Shown here piece after piece: positions 50,880-62,887 of a DNA stretch of 64,000 bases. Each line of letters starts with the position of its first letter. Position 1 is the stretch's first letter. Source of the DNA: Moniliella sp. 'wahieum' (lineage: Eukaryota); assembly GCA_003971905.1 (NCBI GenBank), contig RSEE01000095.1:1-64000 (forward strand), given 5' to 3'. Below the pieces are notes generated by a model that saw only the letters and a program-made list of their open reading frames with translations, made no database searches and was not told the DNA's origin. Both the position numbers and the translations under genes were made by a program.

Positions 50880-51620
50880 CTCATCGACAGTGTCACGGGA
50901 CCACGATTAAGTCGCGCCACCTCCACTTCCTCATCGTCGCTCCGCTTTTCGGCTTCTCTTTCTATCACTACTCAAGTTCTCTATCTGTCGCTCTTGTGAC
51001 TCGAATTCCGGCCTATCGGCAAACTCATAACAAATGGTCTCTTCTCCGCTCGCGCTCGTCTAAAACCCAAAGCACTATACATGGTTTCGACTCGTCTCTC
51101 GACTCGTCTCTCACGGTGTGCCTCTCGCGCTTGGTCCTCACTTCTTCCCTTCGTTTCTCCCCCTTTTGCCGTACACCAGTTGGTCTTCCTTTTCATTCCC
51201 TTCTCTTCTATAAAATCTGTTCTTAGATCCAATTGTGGTGGCCTAAGCCGCCCACCATTCTGACTCTGTCTTCTCTTTCCCCTTCATCTTTCTTCTAGGC
51301 AAATTTCACTCTAGAAGAACCACCTTTCCCATCAGCTTGCTTGCCCTCCCTCGCCCATCGGGATTCCCTGCTTTCTCGTCCGGCCTCTCACGTGCAACCT
51401 CCTCACGGACGCTGCCTGGCTCTCCCGCCGAGCAGTAAAGCTCGACTCGCGACCCTCCTACGTTCAAGCCAGCAGTGTTTCTTGGACTTTGGATCTGAAA
51501 CGCGTTCAGTCTTCGTGAGTCTTGTCCCTGATGGACAGGGAAGGTCTCCGCCTGGGAAACCAGTAACCCCGTCACAGACAGTACTGCTAATATCCCCCCC
51601 CACTCGTGCTCAACCCTGCC
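50880..51620 (+). mobile_element. second decayed Copia gag-protease relic, between the two tRNA-Pro genes
   Basis: Collinear with about 30800-31580 (shared atcactactcaagtt, cgcgctcgtctaaaa, cttctcttctataaaa and cttggactttggatctgaaacg). Confidence 0.65.
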
Positions 51621-52193
51621 TCTCGTCACGGAATATCGGGCACATCAATTCGTATTATGGAGAATGGATGCTTGATGCATAGCAAGTTAAATCTTGGAGA
51701 AGGAGGGTGTGTGAGATGGTGCTGTGGCGCCCTAGGGAATAAAATGGCAAAGGACATTTACATTATGCCAGGCATAGAGTTGCCTCTGAATCATTGATTC
51801 TCATGGAACAAAGTGGTGGGGGTCGAAACTGTAACTCGGATGTCATATACAAATAGACATCGTGAGGTCAGCCACCATCGGGTCTGATGGCTGGGAAGCA
51901 ATAAAGGAAAACAGAGAAGGGAAAGAAAACATTTGGAGCTTCTAGGCGGCCAGACTATGAGAGGGCCGAAATGGAGACTTTTGCCGCTAAAAAACACGAC
52001 GGGGAGTGAGTCATTCCATATGTCAGGACTAAAGCCAATGACTTTCTTAAAGGAGCAAACAAACGGTGTAATTGACATGAGCGTTGAAGACATTGAAGAG
52101 ACACCACGGTGCAACAGCAGGGGGAGGATCCACGTGGCCCTGAATTACTTTCTTCTCAGAAAGGTGCAGTATAAATCCCGCGATCGAGCACTT

Positions 52194-52282
52194 GGGTACG
52201 TGGTGTAGTGGTATCATGCCTCTTTTGGGTTGAATAATTCCAAGTATAGAGGAGGTCCTCGGTTCAATCCCGGGCGTACCCC
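52194..52282 (+). tRNA. tRNA-Pro(UGG) with 17-nt intron 52230-52246
   Basis: Exons are identical to the 50175 copy, the intron differs, and a T-run follows downstream. Confidence 0.95.
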
Positions 52283-53200
52283 ATCGCTTTTTGCTAGTCT
52301 TTTGTGCCTTTCTTTTCGTTTCTCATGATAGAGTTGGTGCTCAGCGTGGGGTGGGAGAAAGTGAGAGAGCCAGAGTCCGCCTGTGAGTGCAATAGTTTCA
52401 TGCAACAATGCTTTAAAGGTACGTGGGGCGGTTGCTACACTGCTGTTCCTGCATCAGATGGATACCGCCAGCGTGGTGTCGTTTACGTGTAAACGTGTGT
52501 ATATGTCCCCTCATTGTATCAGATCTCAGATATCAGGGTGAGCCTGTGAGGATACATTTGTTTCGTGATCACGCGTTTTAACTCATAAAGTCATTCAAAA
52601 GCTTCAATCCAACAGAGGGAATAGGATTCCTTGTGGCGTATGAATTCAGAAGGTAAACTGGTAGGCTAATAATCATGATGACCAGGAAGCTCGCCACCTT
52701 CATCTCCGGTTCTCATATCGTTCGGTTCATCACGAAACTGTGTACACAAGAAAGAGTCGGAATACAAAAGACACATATAGAGACATCCGGTATACCCTCT
52801 TCCCATCCCTGGGTGAGGGTATAGAAAAGGGATCGGATATCAGCTGAAAGTGAGATGCCTTCACTCGCAGTATTATCAAACGAGAGAATCAAGAAAACGT
52901 ATTCCCGATACATTTTTAAACGAATTATAAGCAACACAGCACACTTTTGTGCACCAAAAAGGCGAGCAGTAAAAGAGAAAGTACACCAAAAAGCCCAGCA
53001 AACGAATGGTAGGATCCCAGGCAAAAGCACAAAAGCACGCACAATGGAATCCGAACAGCCAGCGTCCAACGGGCACAGAGTAACAGCATGAGAAGAGAGA
53101 AAGAAGACGAGTATGACAGAAGCAAAAAGGGGTATAGCAATCATCAGAGAGTGCGTCCACGTAGGAGAGAGTAGTGGGATGACACTGGGAAAAAATGAAC

Positions 53201-54726
53201 CTAACCTAACAACGTGTGGCCGTGGGGAGGATACGACAGACGAAGACGAAGGCAATTCGGTCCTAGCATGTAGGGAAGTACCATCCAAGAATCTTCTTCT
53301 CCTCCTCCCTGCCTCGTTAGGGAGATTGTGGACCAGGTTCTCGACGATCGTGGGCCGGTAGGTAGAAAACGCAGCGTTAGGGAAGACGTCTGTGTGTTGC
53401 TGCACACACTTCGGATCGCAATCCCTTCTTTTCGACGAGGCTCTGTCGGGTCGGAAGATTCGAAAGGTTCAGAAGGTTCATCCAAGTTGCGTCGGGCAAT
53501 CATGCGCTCAATCCAGCTTACACGCTTGAGCGAGACAACCGTCTGATCCGACTCTGTATCAGTACATCTCCCTCTTTCTTTGTCAGGAGCAGGTAAGGGT
53601 AAGACGTACCTTGGGAACGATGGTGCTATACACAAGCGCGTGGAAGGGCAGAATCCATGCCATCTTGAGTTGATTAGGAGTGGCCGGGGTAAGAACAAAG
53701 CAATGGCAAACACGATTCCTAGCCCCTCTAGTGCCCATGCCAGCAGCAAATACCGAGCGCCGTCTGCATGAACGTGGCCGCGACGGCCGAGGATCCGGTC
53801 AAGTTGGCCTTGTCTACACCTACCACACACCAGGAGGTATAGCGGACCAAAGAGCCGAGAGCGTTGAGGATGGAGGAGCGCTGATTCGTGGTGATCGGGT
53901 GAGAGACGAATGTGGTTTGGATCACGAACAATGCGCTGAGGTACATGTCGTGTCCGTGACAAACGTGATGGCGTAAAAGCAAGTGGGCAAGAACCGTTTA
54001 GAAGTGGGGGGCTGCAGAGGAATCCCATTCTAAACCCAAAGGGCACAACGTTCGGTTCACTGCCCAACAGTCCTGTTAGGAAATCGTGTCTGGAAGGGGC
54101 AGGAAATGGGGGGGAGGGGGACAGAGGACATACTTGAAAGAGTGGGTGTCAAAGGCAAAGTAAAGCCAAATAACTCCAATAGCTGTATTGCAGACCCACA
54201 AGAAGAGCCAGAGGATGCGGTGGTGAGGGAGAGATCGGGTGATGGCCATGGAGCGAAACGTCAAGAGCATTTGACCAGAAATGGTAAGGAGGGCCACAAT
54301 GAACAAGTCGCCCTGTAGGGCAGAGGTGCACGAATGGGGCATACGCCAATAGTTGATCAGCGCTCCAAAATAAGGTGGGACAGGAGGCGCAAAAAAGTGG
54401 CAGATAATGATGGCGTGAGGCATCCGGTATCGCCTTGTTCGGGGTGCATCCGAAGTGCTGTCGACGTTGAGGATGCGACGCAACTCGGGCAAAAAGACGA
54501 ACTTGATATCAGATGGGAGAGAGGGATCCAGTCAAAGCCGATGGCACCGATGGTGACGAGGTTGAGCCACCAAGCAATCGAAGCCTCGTAGCTACCCTTC
54601 TCCATCTCGGCAAATAATGGCCTCAGTCGGGGGAAGACCAGCCCACTTTCCCTGCCCAGGGATGGATGGCCAAGCAGGATTGGAAAGGATGGCCTGCTCG
54701 AGAGCACTGGCATCGCTAGCGCTCAT
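53201..54726 (-). CDS. multi-pass membrane protein (basidiomycete DUF6533-like architecture possible); indels; end approximate
   Basis: ATG at 54726 (MSASDASALEQ...). Several hydrophobic segments (WWLNLVTIGAIGFDW; LFIVALLTISGQMLLTFR; ILWLFLWVCNTAIGVIWLYF). Canonical introns 54133-54060 and 53609-53543. Confidence 0.6.
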
Positions 54727-56299
54727 GGTGGGATGTGGTGAGAGCGAAGAGAGGGACCGATGAAGAGTGTGGTTGGGGGGGGGGACGGGGGGGATAAGAG
54801 CACACTGAGGGAGGGGGGCGTAACGCGCGTCAAACGCGCTGCCCAACATACTATGAGACGCTGAGGAGAACGCACATACTCAGTATACTCATCTGAGTTC
54901 CGAGTTCTGAGATCTGATTCTGAAACCGGAGGCCTGAGTCTGCCCTCAGGCCCTCAATGAGGTCTTCAAAAGAAGACTATCCTGACGGTTGATCTGGTCG
55001 GCCTCTCATGCTCCCTTCCCCCACAGGGCCTCAAGCTTCAAGCCAGCCGGCTTCAGGGGGTCTGTCATTTTTTTTCATTGTCGATCGATCATATGATACG
55101 TCGACGTGGGTAACCGTACACGGGAAGGGCGCCTTCCAAAAAAGACGGTCTGTGTGACGCGCTGACGCGTGACCGGTCCTCTGCTCCACTGGAGCGAGTA
55201 TAGAAAACGGCGATAAAATACGCACTCGGCTAAAGACTAGAAAGCGCCCTACCCCACCCAAAGGCGCAAGCTGCCCCACATGGTGGCGCAAAATGGCGCA
55301 GACGCCGTCGCAGCCAGCAGGCCCGTTGCCGCTCACAGGTACCCGCAGTGCTACTAACATGTAACACGCGGAGCCTCAGCGCCTCTCCACTGTTGGCCTG
55401 GCCCCCAGGGAGAGCTTTGGCCATAGCCTGCTTGGGGTTCGCTCTTAGGCCGGTTAGCGCTTAGCCCAAGTAATAGCTGCCTTTGGGGTCACCGGTCACA
55501 TTGTCACATGTCGTGTCACGCGTGTCATGCATGTCACATGTCATACACCTGTCACATCGACGTCAACACGTCAACGTCGTCAACGCTGTCCCTGGCTGCC
55601 CCAGCACTAGTCATAGTACTAGTAGTCACTGCGCACGCGCACGCGCGCCACCGCGTCGCCGTGAGCGATCTGGGACCTGAGCGCCTCAACCACAAACACA
55701 GTGTGGGGCAGCAGCTAAAGACCAATGGTGCCCACTGGTGCCCACTCCAATTCTCCGTACCTCTAAACGATCTGAACATTGTGAAAAATATCAATCCGCC
55801 TTGGCAAATGCGTTCAAAGCTCTCCTCCCGATTCCCCATTATCCTATGGCCCTCCGTACTGTGGCGGAGGACGGCGAGACTGACTTGCTACCGAAGCGCA
55901 ATTACGTCTGGCTTCACTGAAACCTGAGATCTTAGCGCCTCAAGTTCCACTACCACTAGCCTCCGAACTCCGTGGACCCTGAAGCTCCTGAAGTTTCTCA
56001 AACTTATCGAAGGCTAAAATAATGTGGCGTCGTGTGTATTGGCCAGGGAGACTCTATATAGTCTTACCCCCCTGCGATATGCAACTCCCATCCTGCTCCA
56101 ATACGACCAACACCCACCCGTCTCCCGCACTTGATCGTCTATGCTACGCAAGGCCTACACCATCTTCAGCACCATCTCTCTTGCCGTCTCAATGCGGTAT
56201 GGATCAGAACGCCGTTAAGGATCCATCATCCATGATCGAGGGCGTGGCATCGTGCTGGCAGCAGCACTATACCACACAGTTGCCCTTTGGGGGATTTGT

Positions 56300-58680
56300 G
56301 ACCGGTAGCCCCAAAAAAACCTCTCATTCGTATTCCCCAATCTCCCTTTCTTTTTCTTGTTCTCTTGTCTGTAAGACTGGAGGAACCAAAGGTCTGGAAA
56401 TGTAGAGCAATGCAATCGCGGTGGTAGTTTTTGGTCTACTAAGCCTTTTGTCACACCAAAAGGAGACAGGGGTTCAAACAAGCCGGAGTATACACGTGGA
56501 GGTTTCGGAGGTCACCGGTCAAATAAAGGGGGGGGAAAGAGTGATAAGGTTGTGCTTTAACCTGTGTACAGGACCACTGCTCCCAACATTCTCCTTCACT
56601 TTAGCTTTACACTTCTTGTTACTCTGGTATTACGCTGAGAGTTAACAATCGACAGCACTCTGCCACAGTCGTTTCTCTTGTACTTACTTGCTCAAGTGTC
56701 ATATAGTTTGGATCTTCTCTCGCTCCCATTTCCAATTTCTTCGTCCCGAACGTCTCGTTCCTTTTGCCTAGTGTCTTCCGCTTCGCACCGTGTCCTCTGT
56801 TGTTGCTTCTTCCCCACAAGCGATTGCTGAATCCCTTGGCCTAGTGGTCTAGTTCCGACTCTGGTCTCCCTTGCCTTAACGCCGACTGTGACAGGAGGGA
56901 GGGTCTCCCTTTAGCATACACATATGCCGAGTCGTACGGGTTGCATCTCTCCTGCGAGATGAGGGTGTGGGGGCTCTATGTTCGGAAATAACCAGTTCGC
57001 CCTACTACTAAGAGCAGTGACATGTAACAGTGGCGTCTTCGTCCACCTCCAAGGGAATTCATCCATCATCCCTCATACCAGTGACCTCAGGCCTCAACTA
57101 TGGACCGTGCCCCAGTCCGGGGTCAGCCCACATGACTCACATGCATGACCCTTTTACGTTATGAGCCTCCTCGGAATCCATCCATCTTAACGCCCAATGC
57201 CTTTTCACAGCTTACCAAAGCTCGCTTTCAACCCCAGCCAAGTCACGATCGAGAGGAGCGGGATTGTACCATGTCTGGTGGCCGAACGGTCATCTACCTA
57301 CGAATCCTTTTGGCGATGACAGTCGTCTCTTTCTTTGTATTCTCTGTTCTTACCCACGTTTCGTCCCCATCAGTGGGGATGGAACGTTGCAAGCCTGAGA
57401 GTCCGCTTGTTTTCTGTTTCCCACCCCCTCGGAATGGTGTCCCCTGAGGCGACTACTCCCCACTTCTCTGTCTACCCCACTGTTCTCTCGATCTTTACTG
57501 CGTTATTCAGGTGTTTCAGCCTTAGTCCCTGCTTGTAAACAATGGTTCGTGGCTTCCCCCCCACAATCTATTGGTATCTTCACCTCCCGTCTTTGTCAAT
57601 CCATTGGCGTCTTCCATTGCCCTTATACGGTAAAGGCGGCGTCTCCTTTTAATTGCCTCCTCCGCTCTCTGTTTTCTTGCCACCTTAGCTCCCCATCTCT
57701 TCATGTTTCGGGTCACTGCGAACTGGTTCGTCTAAACAACGCATCTACCCCGTTGCGCCTAAACAGAACATGTTTCCTTCGATCTGGGCTACCAAGATCG
57801 AGTCCCTACCGATATTATTCTACTTCAATTATTTGATCTTTGGTCTTGAGGGGAAGTGATCTCTAAGTTGAGCTGCGGATCTGGACTTCAGTTTCCTGAT
57901 CCGGGCGTGTTCTTCTCGTTGTGAGACTTTCCCCTCATGCCTTCTGCTTTCTTACTGAGGGCGGAAGGCCTGCCTATTGTTTTGGGCCCTTTTCGTGTTT
58001 GACTGTTCCTGTTCCTAGGGACCCCTTTCTCTACTTGATCTGTGCTCATTTTGAGAGCCATTCGCATTTTTTCTTTCCTCCTTCTACGTTGAATGTTACT
58101 CCCAAGTTCCCGTATATCACCTTCGTTCTAGTTCTTCCACTATATAGCGGGTCATTTTGTAACAACAAAACATTTCCTTGCGAATCCGTACTTGACCCAC
58201 TGGGAAACACTCGCATTACAACCTATAGCTTACCAGCAATCCCGCTGGCCTGCTTCAGCGACCCCCTCTTTGTCTTGCCGAATCGCCGAATCCTTTCGCA
58301 CAAGCATCGTTGGCCATCGATTTCCCATCAGCTTTCGGTCTTCGCTTCTGTACGGATCCCGCCACGATCCTAGTACAAGAGCCGAGTTGTTATGTGACAG
58401 AGGACTGGCCTATACCCTTTCTTTGCTGCGTCTACCTTCCGGCCAACTCTTCAGGACCACGGACTATAGGCACGCTAGTCCTGCTCGCTTGGGTGCATAT
58501 ATACCCAACCTTGCCACGCGAGCCGACGCCTCATTGAGAGACCTCACCTCGTCTCTAGCTCTGTTCGGATCTGTCAATAGCGTTCAAGCTCGCTGCTGAA
58601 CCGTGAGTGGACCCTCCGCCTCCAAGTAACCGTGGCTGTGGGCTCCAGTTCGGGGCCGACTAATGGCACTTCAGCTCCAG
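56300..58680 (+). mobile_element. decayed Ty1/Copia RT/RNase H relics
   Basis: Degenerate LYG-KAASP (~57620), ILFYFNYLIFG (~57812, the YVDD position), DRGLAYTLSLL (~TRPDLAY) and VSGPSASK (~GxSDSD). An upstream RNase H-like GGSFWSTK lies near 56420. It is homologous to 23.5-23.8 kb and 28.3-28.8 kb. Confidence 0.55.
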
Positions 58681-60064
58681 TACGTTCAGCAGCCGCTCTT
58701 GTTTGGCCTTCCCGCATTCAATCCGGAGAGTTTTCAGTCCCCGCTTTGAGTCTTAGCTCCAATCCCAGTTCCCCCAGTACTCTATAGTACTCTATCTAGT
58801 AGTTGTTCAAAAGTTCGTGCAGCGTTGCCAACTGCTTCCTCCCTTTTCCTGTCCCCGAGTACGAACGGCGTCAGACCGACCGTCTGCACATTTCAATTCC
58901 CCATTCCGCTAAGGCGGGCAGCACAGGGAAACTTTCAGGTTGCAGGGTGCCAACGTGCGATGGAGCGAGGATGCGATGCAGTGTGGGAACGTGTGGAAAC
59001 GGCAAAAAAGTGCTGAATCGTGACTGGCACTGGTACTGAGTACTCTCACACTACTGACTGGAGTATTGATTGATTGATTGATGATTGATTGATTGATGAT
59101 TAATTGAAATATTGGCATGGTAGGGTTGTCCTATCAGGCGAAGGCTGGAAAGAGTGGCATGCGGATGAGATTCAATATTCAGATCTCAGATCGGATGTGC
59201 TGATCGAGTGCGACGCTGCTGTCAACGTCCAACGTAGCGCACGGCGGCTGCTTACTAGTTACTGCGGACGCCGATGGGGCTGCTGGGCGCGGGGGGAGCG
59301 TTCCAAATGGCAAGCGCTGGCATGCGCAGGCACGTGCTGCTGCTGCGATTGGATGAGATCGATGAGAGCGCGAGCGTGAGCATGTGACATGTGACATGTG
59401 ACATGGGAGGCCCTGAGCGGGGCGTGGGAGCCCCGCGTGCTATGTGGCACAGGTGTGACAAAAGATAAGACATACACTGCTCCTGTGCGGGTCTGCCTGC
59501 ACTGCGCCCTGCCCCGCGGAAGGGCAAGAGTAGGAGTAGCGCTGTGGGAGGGGCGGTGCGCTCTAAATATATTGGCTCCCATGCCACGCCGGGGCCAATG
59601 GGGGGCGGACACACAGGCGTGGTGCGTGCCCTCGCAGCGCTGCGGGTGCGGCGGGGCGTGGCGGCAGCAGGCCGTAGTGGCGGACAGCGGACGCATAAGC
59701 TTTTTACTTTTAAACTGGACGGTGGGTTTAACACGTTTATCGAGCGTCGTCTGCATCATCGATAGCCCAGTATCGATTGTCCACTATCGACTATCGCGAT
59801 GGCAGCCATGGTGCAAGGCCAACGGCTGTCTTCGCTTGTCGATTGTCGCTCGCTTCTCCAGCAGAAGCTTGGCCTCCCGAGGGCCTCATCGCCCTGACGG
59901 CAGCACTCGCCATCCGTAGCATTATCGAATCCTGCCTGTTGCGCTCTGCCCGTCTGCTCATAGCCCCCTCCACCCCCTCCACCCCCTCACACCCCCTCCA
60001 CCCCCGTCGCCACCATCGTCGCCCGTATCCGCCGCCCGTGCTGCGCTGTGTCTCGGCCGACCCA

Positions 60065-62887
60065 ATGGCCACGCTCCCCACCGCCGCCGTCGCCCTGCGC
60101 CCCCCGCCGCCACCCTCCCCGCCCCCAGCGCAGCTGCCCCGCCACCGCCGATCACGATCACGATCACGACAACCCCACCGCCCCCCCTCCCGTCTGGGGC
60201 CTTGGCCACTCCGACCCACCGCTGCACACCACTACCCGGCTCTTGCTGCCCCGCGTCCGGCTGCCCGCCCCCTGCGGCTCATAACGCCTGCCCAGCTCGG
60301 CGCACTACAGCAGGAGCTGGCGCGGTCCGAGGTGCCTGCCCATATCGTGTTCCCCTACCTCTACGGGCTGCACACACCCGATGCTCGGGCAGAGGAAATG
60401 CGGACGCTGTTTGGGCTGCCTTTCCCTCCGCCTGCGCCTTCGTACCGTGGCCTGACGCTCGTTCGGGCCGACATGCCTTCTCCCGGGGACACGCTGTTGG
60501 AAACCTGTGCCGCCAGTCCGCCCGCTAGTCCGCGCGCTGGCGGGTCTGGAGACGCTCGTTGACCATGTGACTGACGAGGGGCCTCGGTTGCTCGGGTCCA
60601 CCTCGAGCACCTCGTCGCAGGATACGATGGACTCGCGCGCGAGCGGATCGGGGTGTTCCTTGCTGTCGATTGAGCAGAGGGCGAGTATTGGATCCACCAC
60701 GAGCGTCGAGAGCAACGACACCCGTTGAGTCTCCCTCTTGCGCATGCCAGCCCAAGTCCCCCGCCCCAGGGCCGACCAAATGGTCCATTGTCGTCCGCGT
60801 CGGCGTCGCGGCGCCAGCTCGAACGCAGGGGACGAGTACCGTGCCTACACGCCCCAACCGGCCCACTCGATCTTGGTGGGCAGTGTGGATGGACGCAAAC
60901 TGGTAGCTGCGCCGGCGCATGTGTGTCATCGCTCTTCGCGCAGTAGCAACGCTGGCTTTGTCCCTGCGCACAATCGCATCCGCGCCGAGTTTTTGCCTCC
61001 TCCGCGACCGAATTCGGGCGAGGCGAGCTCGGACCTGCGTAACTTTGGTGCACAGCATACCTTATACGCAGGCGTGTCGGACATTGTAGTCTATTGTCCC
61101 GCCGGACTGCACTCGGGTATGGTTGAGTTGGCCAGCTGGCTTGCGCAAGCGCAAGAGCGAGCGCAGGAGCAAACGCAAGGTCAGGCTGTTGAGTACAATG
61201 TCTTTCTGATCGAAGAAGGGTTTGAAGCGTTCCATCCTTCTCAAGTCTCCGTTGGCAGCAGGGGGAAGTGGTGGCACGTGCACGATGTGGAGGAGCAAGA
61301 GCGCACGTTTCTTCAAGAGATGGTGAAAGCGGTCGAGGTAGCACCCCATGTCTACGTTGGTGGACCAGGGGATGCGCCAACGTACCCGAGCAACCCTGAG
61401 GGATGGGCCATCGTGCTGCGTACGTCGGGTGGCGCATTAGAGTCCACACGGTTGCCCAGGGTTACCCATTTCCTCGATGAAGTCGAGGCGGCGTTAGCTC
61501 CATCATCCCCGCCGAGGCTGATGTGGGGGGGCATGCACGCGGTATTGTCGCGAGATGGGGGAATTTAGCATGCTGGAATGTGCCCCGCCATGGGGTGCAC
61601 GGGGCGCGGTGGAACGGTGGGTGGACCTGTTACTATGGATGAAGGAGATGGCCGAACCGTCAAGATGGGTAGGAAGTTGTTGGGCCAAGAAAATTCTCGT
61701 CTACTCAGACGATGGCTACACCGAGTCGACGGTATTGTTGCTAAGCTACCTGATGCTGAGACACCAGCTCAGTTGCCCCGTGCCTTTCTCTATGCCCACG
61801 TACGGTGTGGGAAAGACTTTCACACACCTCCGATCAACTTCGCTCCTTAACGCTATTGAAACCTGCATCCACGCCCGCATCTGCGGGGCCAACAACTGCT
61901 TCCACACGGACAGTGCCTCTTTTTCTTCCGACGGCACGGACGGACATGGATCAAGTACCCGACGTTTGACGGCTCCCTTCCTTCGCGCATCCTACCCACC
62001 TGTACCTCGGGAACGAGAATCATGCCCGGAACGCGGGTCTGTTGCAAGAGCTGGGGGTTACCTACATCCTTTCCGTGGGCGAGTCGCCGTTGTTGGCGAG
62101 CGTACAAGAAGAAGGATTAGACGAGCGCTGTCTCAATCCGCACACCTTGGCTGGCGCATGGAGCTTAGGTCGTCTGACCGTGCGTGAAATCCAAGGTGTG
62201 CCTGACGATGGGGTGGGGGAATTGCGATCGGTGTTAGCGCCAGCAGTGGAGTTTCTGACGGAAGCGCAACGGGCTGGCGGGTGCGTTCTGGTCCACTGTC
62301 GAGCGGGTGTCAGCCGAAGCGCGACGATCGTGATGGCCTACCTGATGGCCCAGAATGGTTGGTCCCTCGAGCATGCCTATAGCCACACGCGACCCGGCGC
62401 CTTGCCGTGCTCATCCAGCCCCCTTGCTGTTCTTTTGGGAACTGCAGAACTGGGAGGCCCATCTGGCCCAGACAAACCAACCCAGCAAGACCACCTGGCA
62501 TAGCTTGGCAGCCAACATTGCCAAGGCAAAGTACGTTTGCATCCGATCTGAGGTTGTGGCATGGGTTAGGTTTGGATCACTAGTACTGACCCGACCGAAT
62601 TGTGGCCATGGCAAATTGAATCCCAAAGCGCTCGGTACGATAATAACTCACGTCTGCCTCCCCCTCTTCCCCCTCCTCCCCCTCTTCCCCCTCCTCCCCC
62701 TCCCCCCCTCCTCCCTCCTCCCTCTCCTCCCTCTCCTCTCTCCTCCCTCTCCTCTCTCCTCCCTCTCCTCCCTCTCCTCCCTCTCCTCCCTCTCCCCTCT
62801 CCTCCCTCTCCCTCTCCACCCAACCGCTCCCCGTGCACTTCTGAAAACCTCGCCGCCGCTGGCGGAGGCCCATATGTATGGGCTTGA
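60065..62887 (+). CDS. dual-specificity protein phosphatase, Pps1-like; indels; 3' end uncertain after the intron at 62531
   Basis: IVFPYLYGLH, LRNFGAQ...SDIVVY, KILVYSDDGYTEST, LQELGVTYILSVGE, catalytic VLVHCRAGVSRSATIVMAYLM and WELQNWE. Confidence 0.88.
62657..62817. repeat. polypyrimidine (CT-only) low-complexity tract
   Basis: About 160 nt composed only of C and T. Confidence 0.9.

Noticed and set aside
31481..51502. Exact 20,000-nt offset between repeat copies suggesting an artefactual duplication
   Set aside because: The copies are substantially diverged with indels, so the round offset at one 22-mer is coincidental.
1385..62887. Mass pseudogenisation, programmed frameshifting or RNA editing
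   Set aside because: The disruptions are mostly homopolymer-associated 1-nt losses in genes with fully conserved catalytic motifs. Sequencing error is far more parsimonious.
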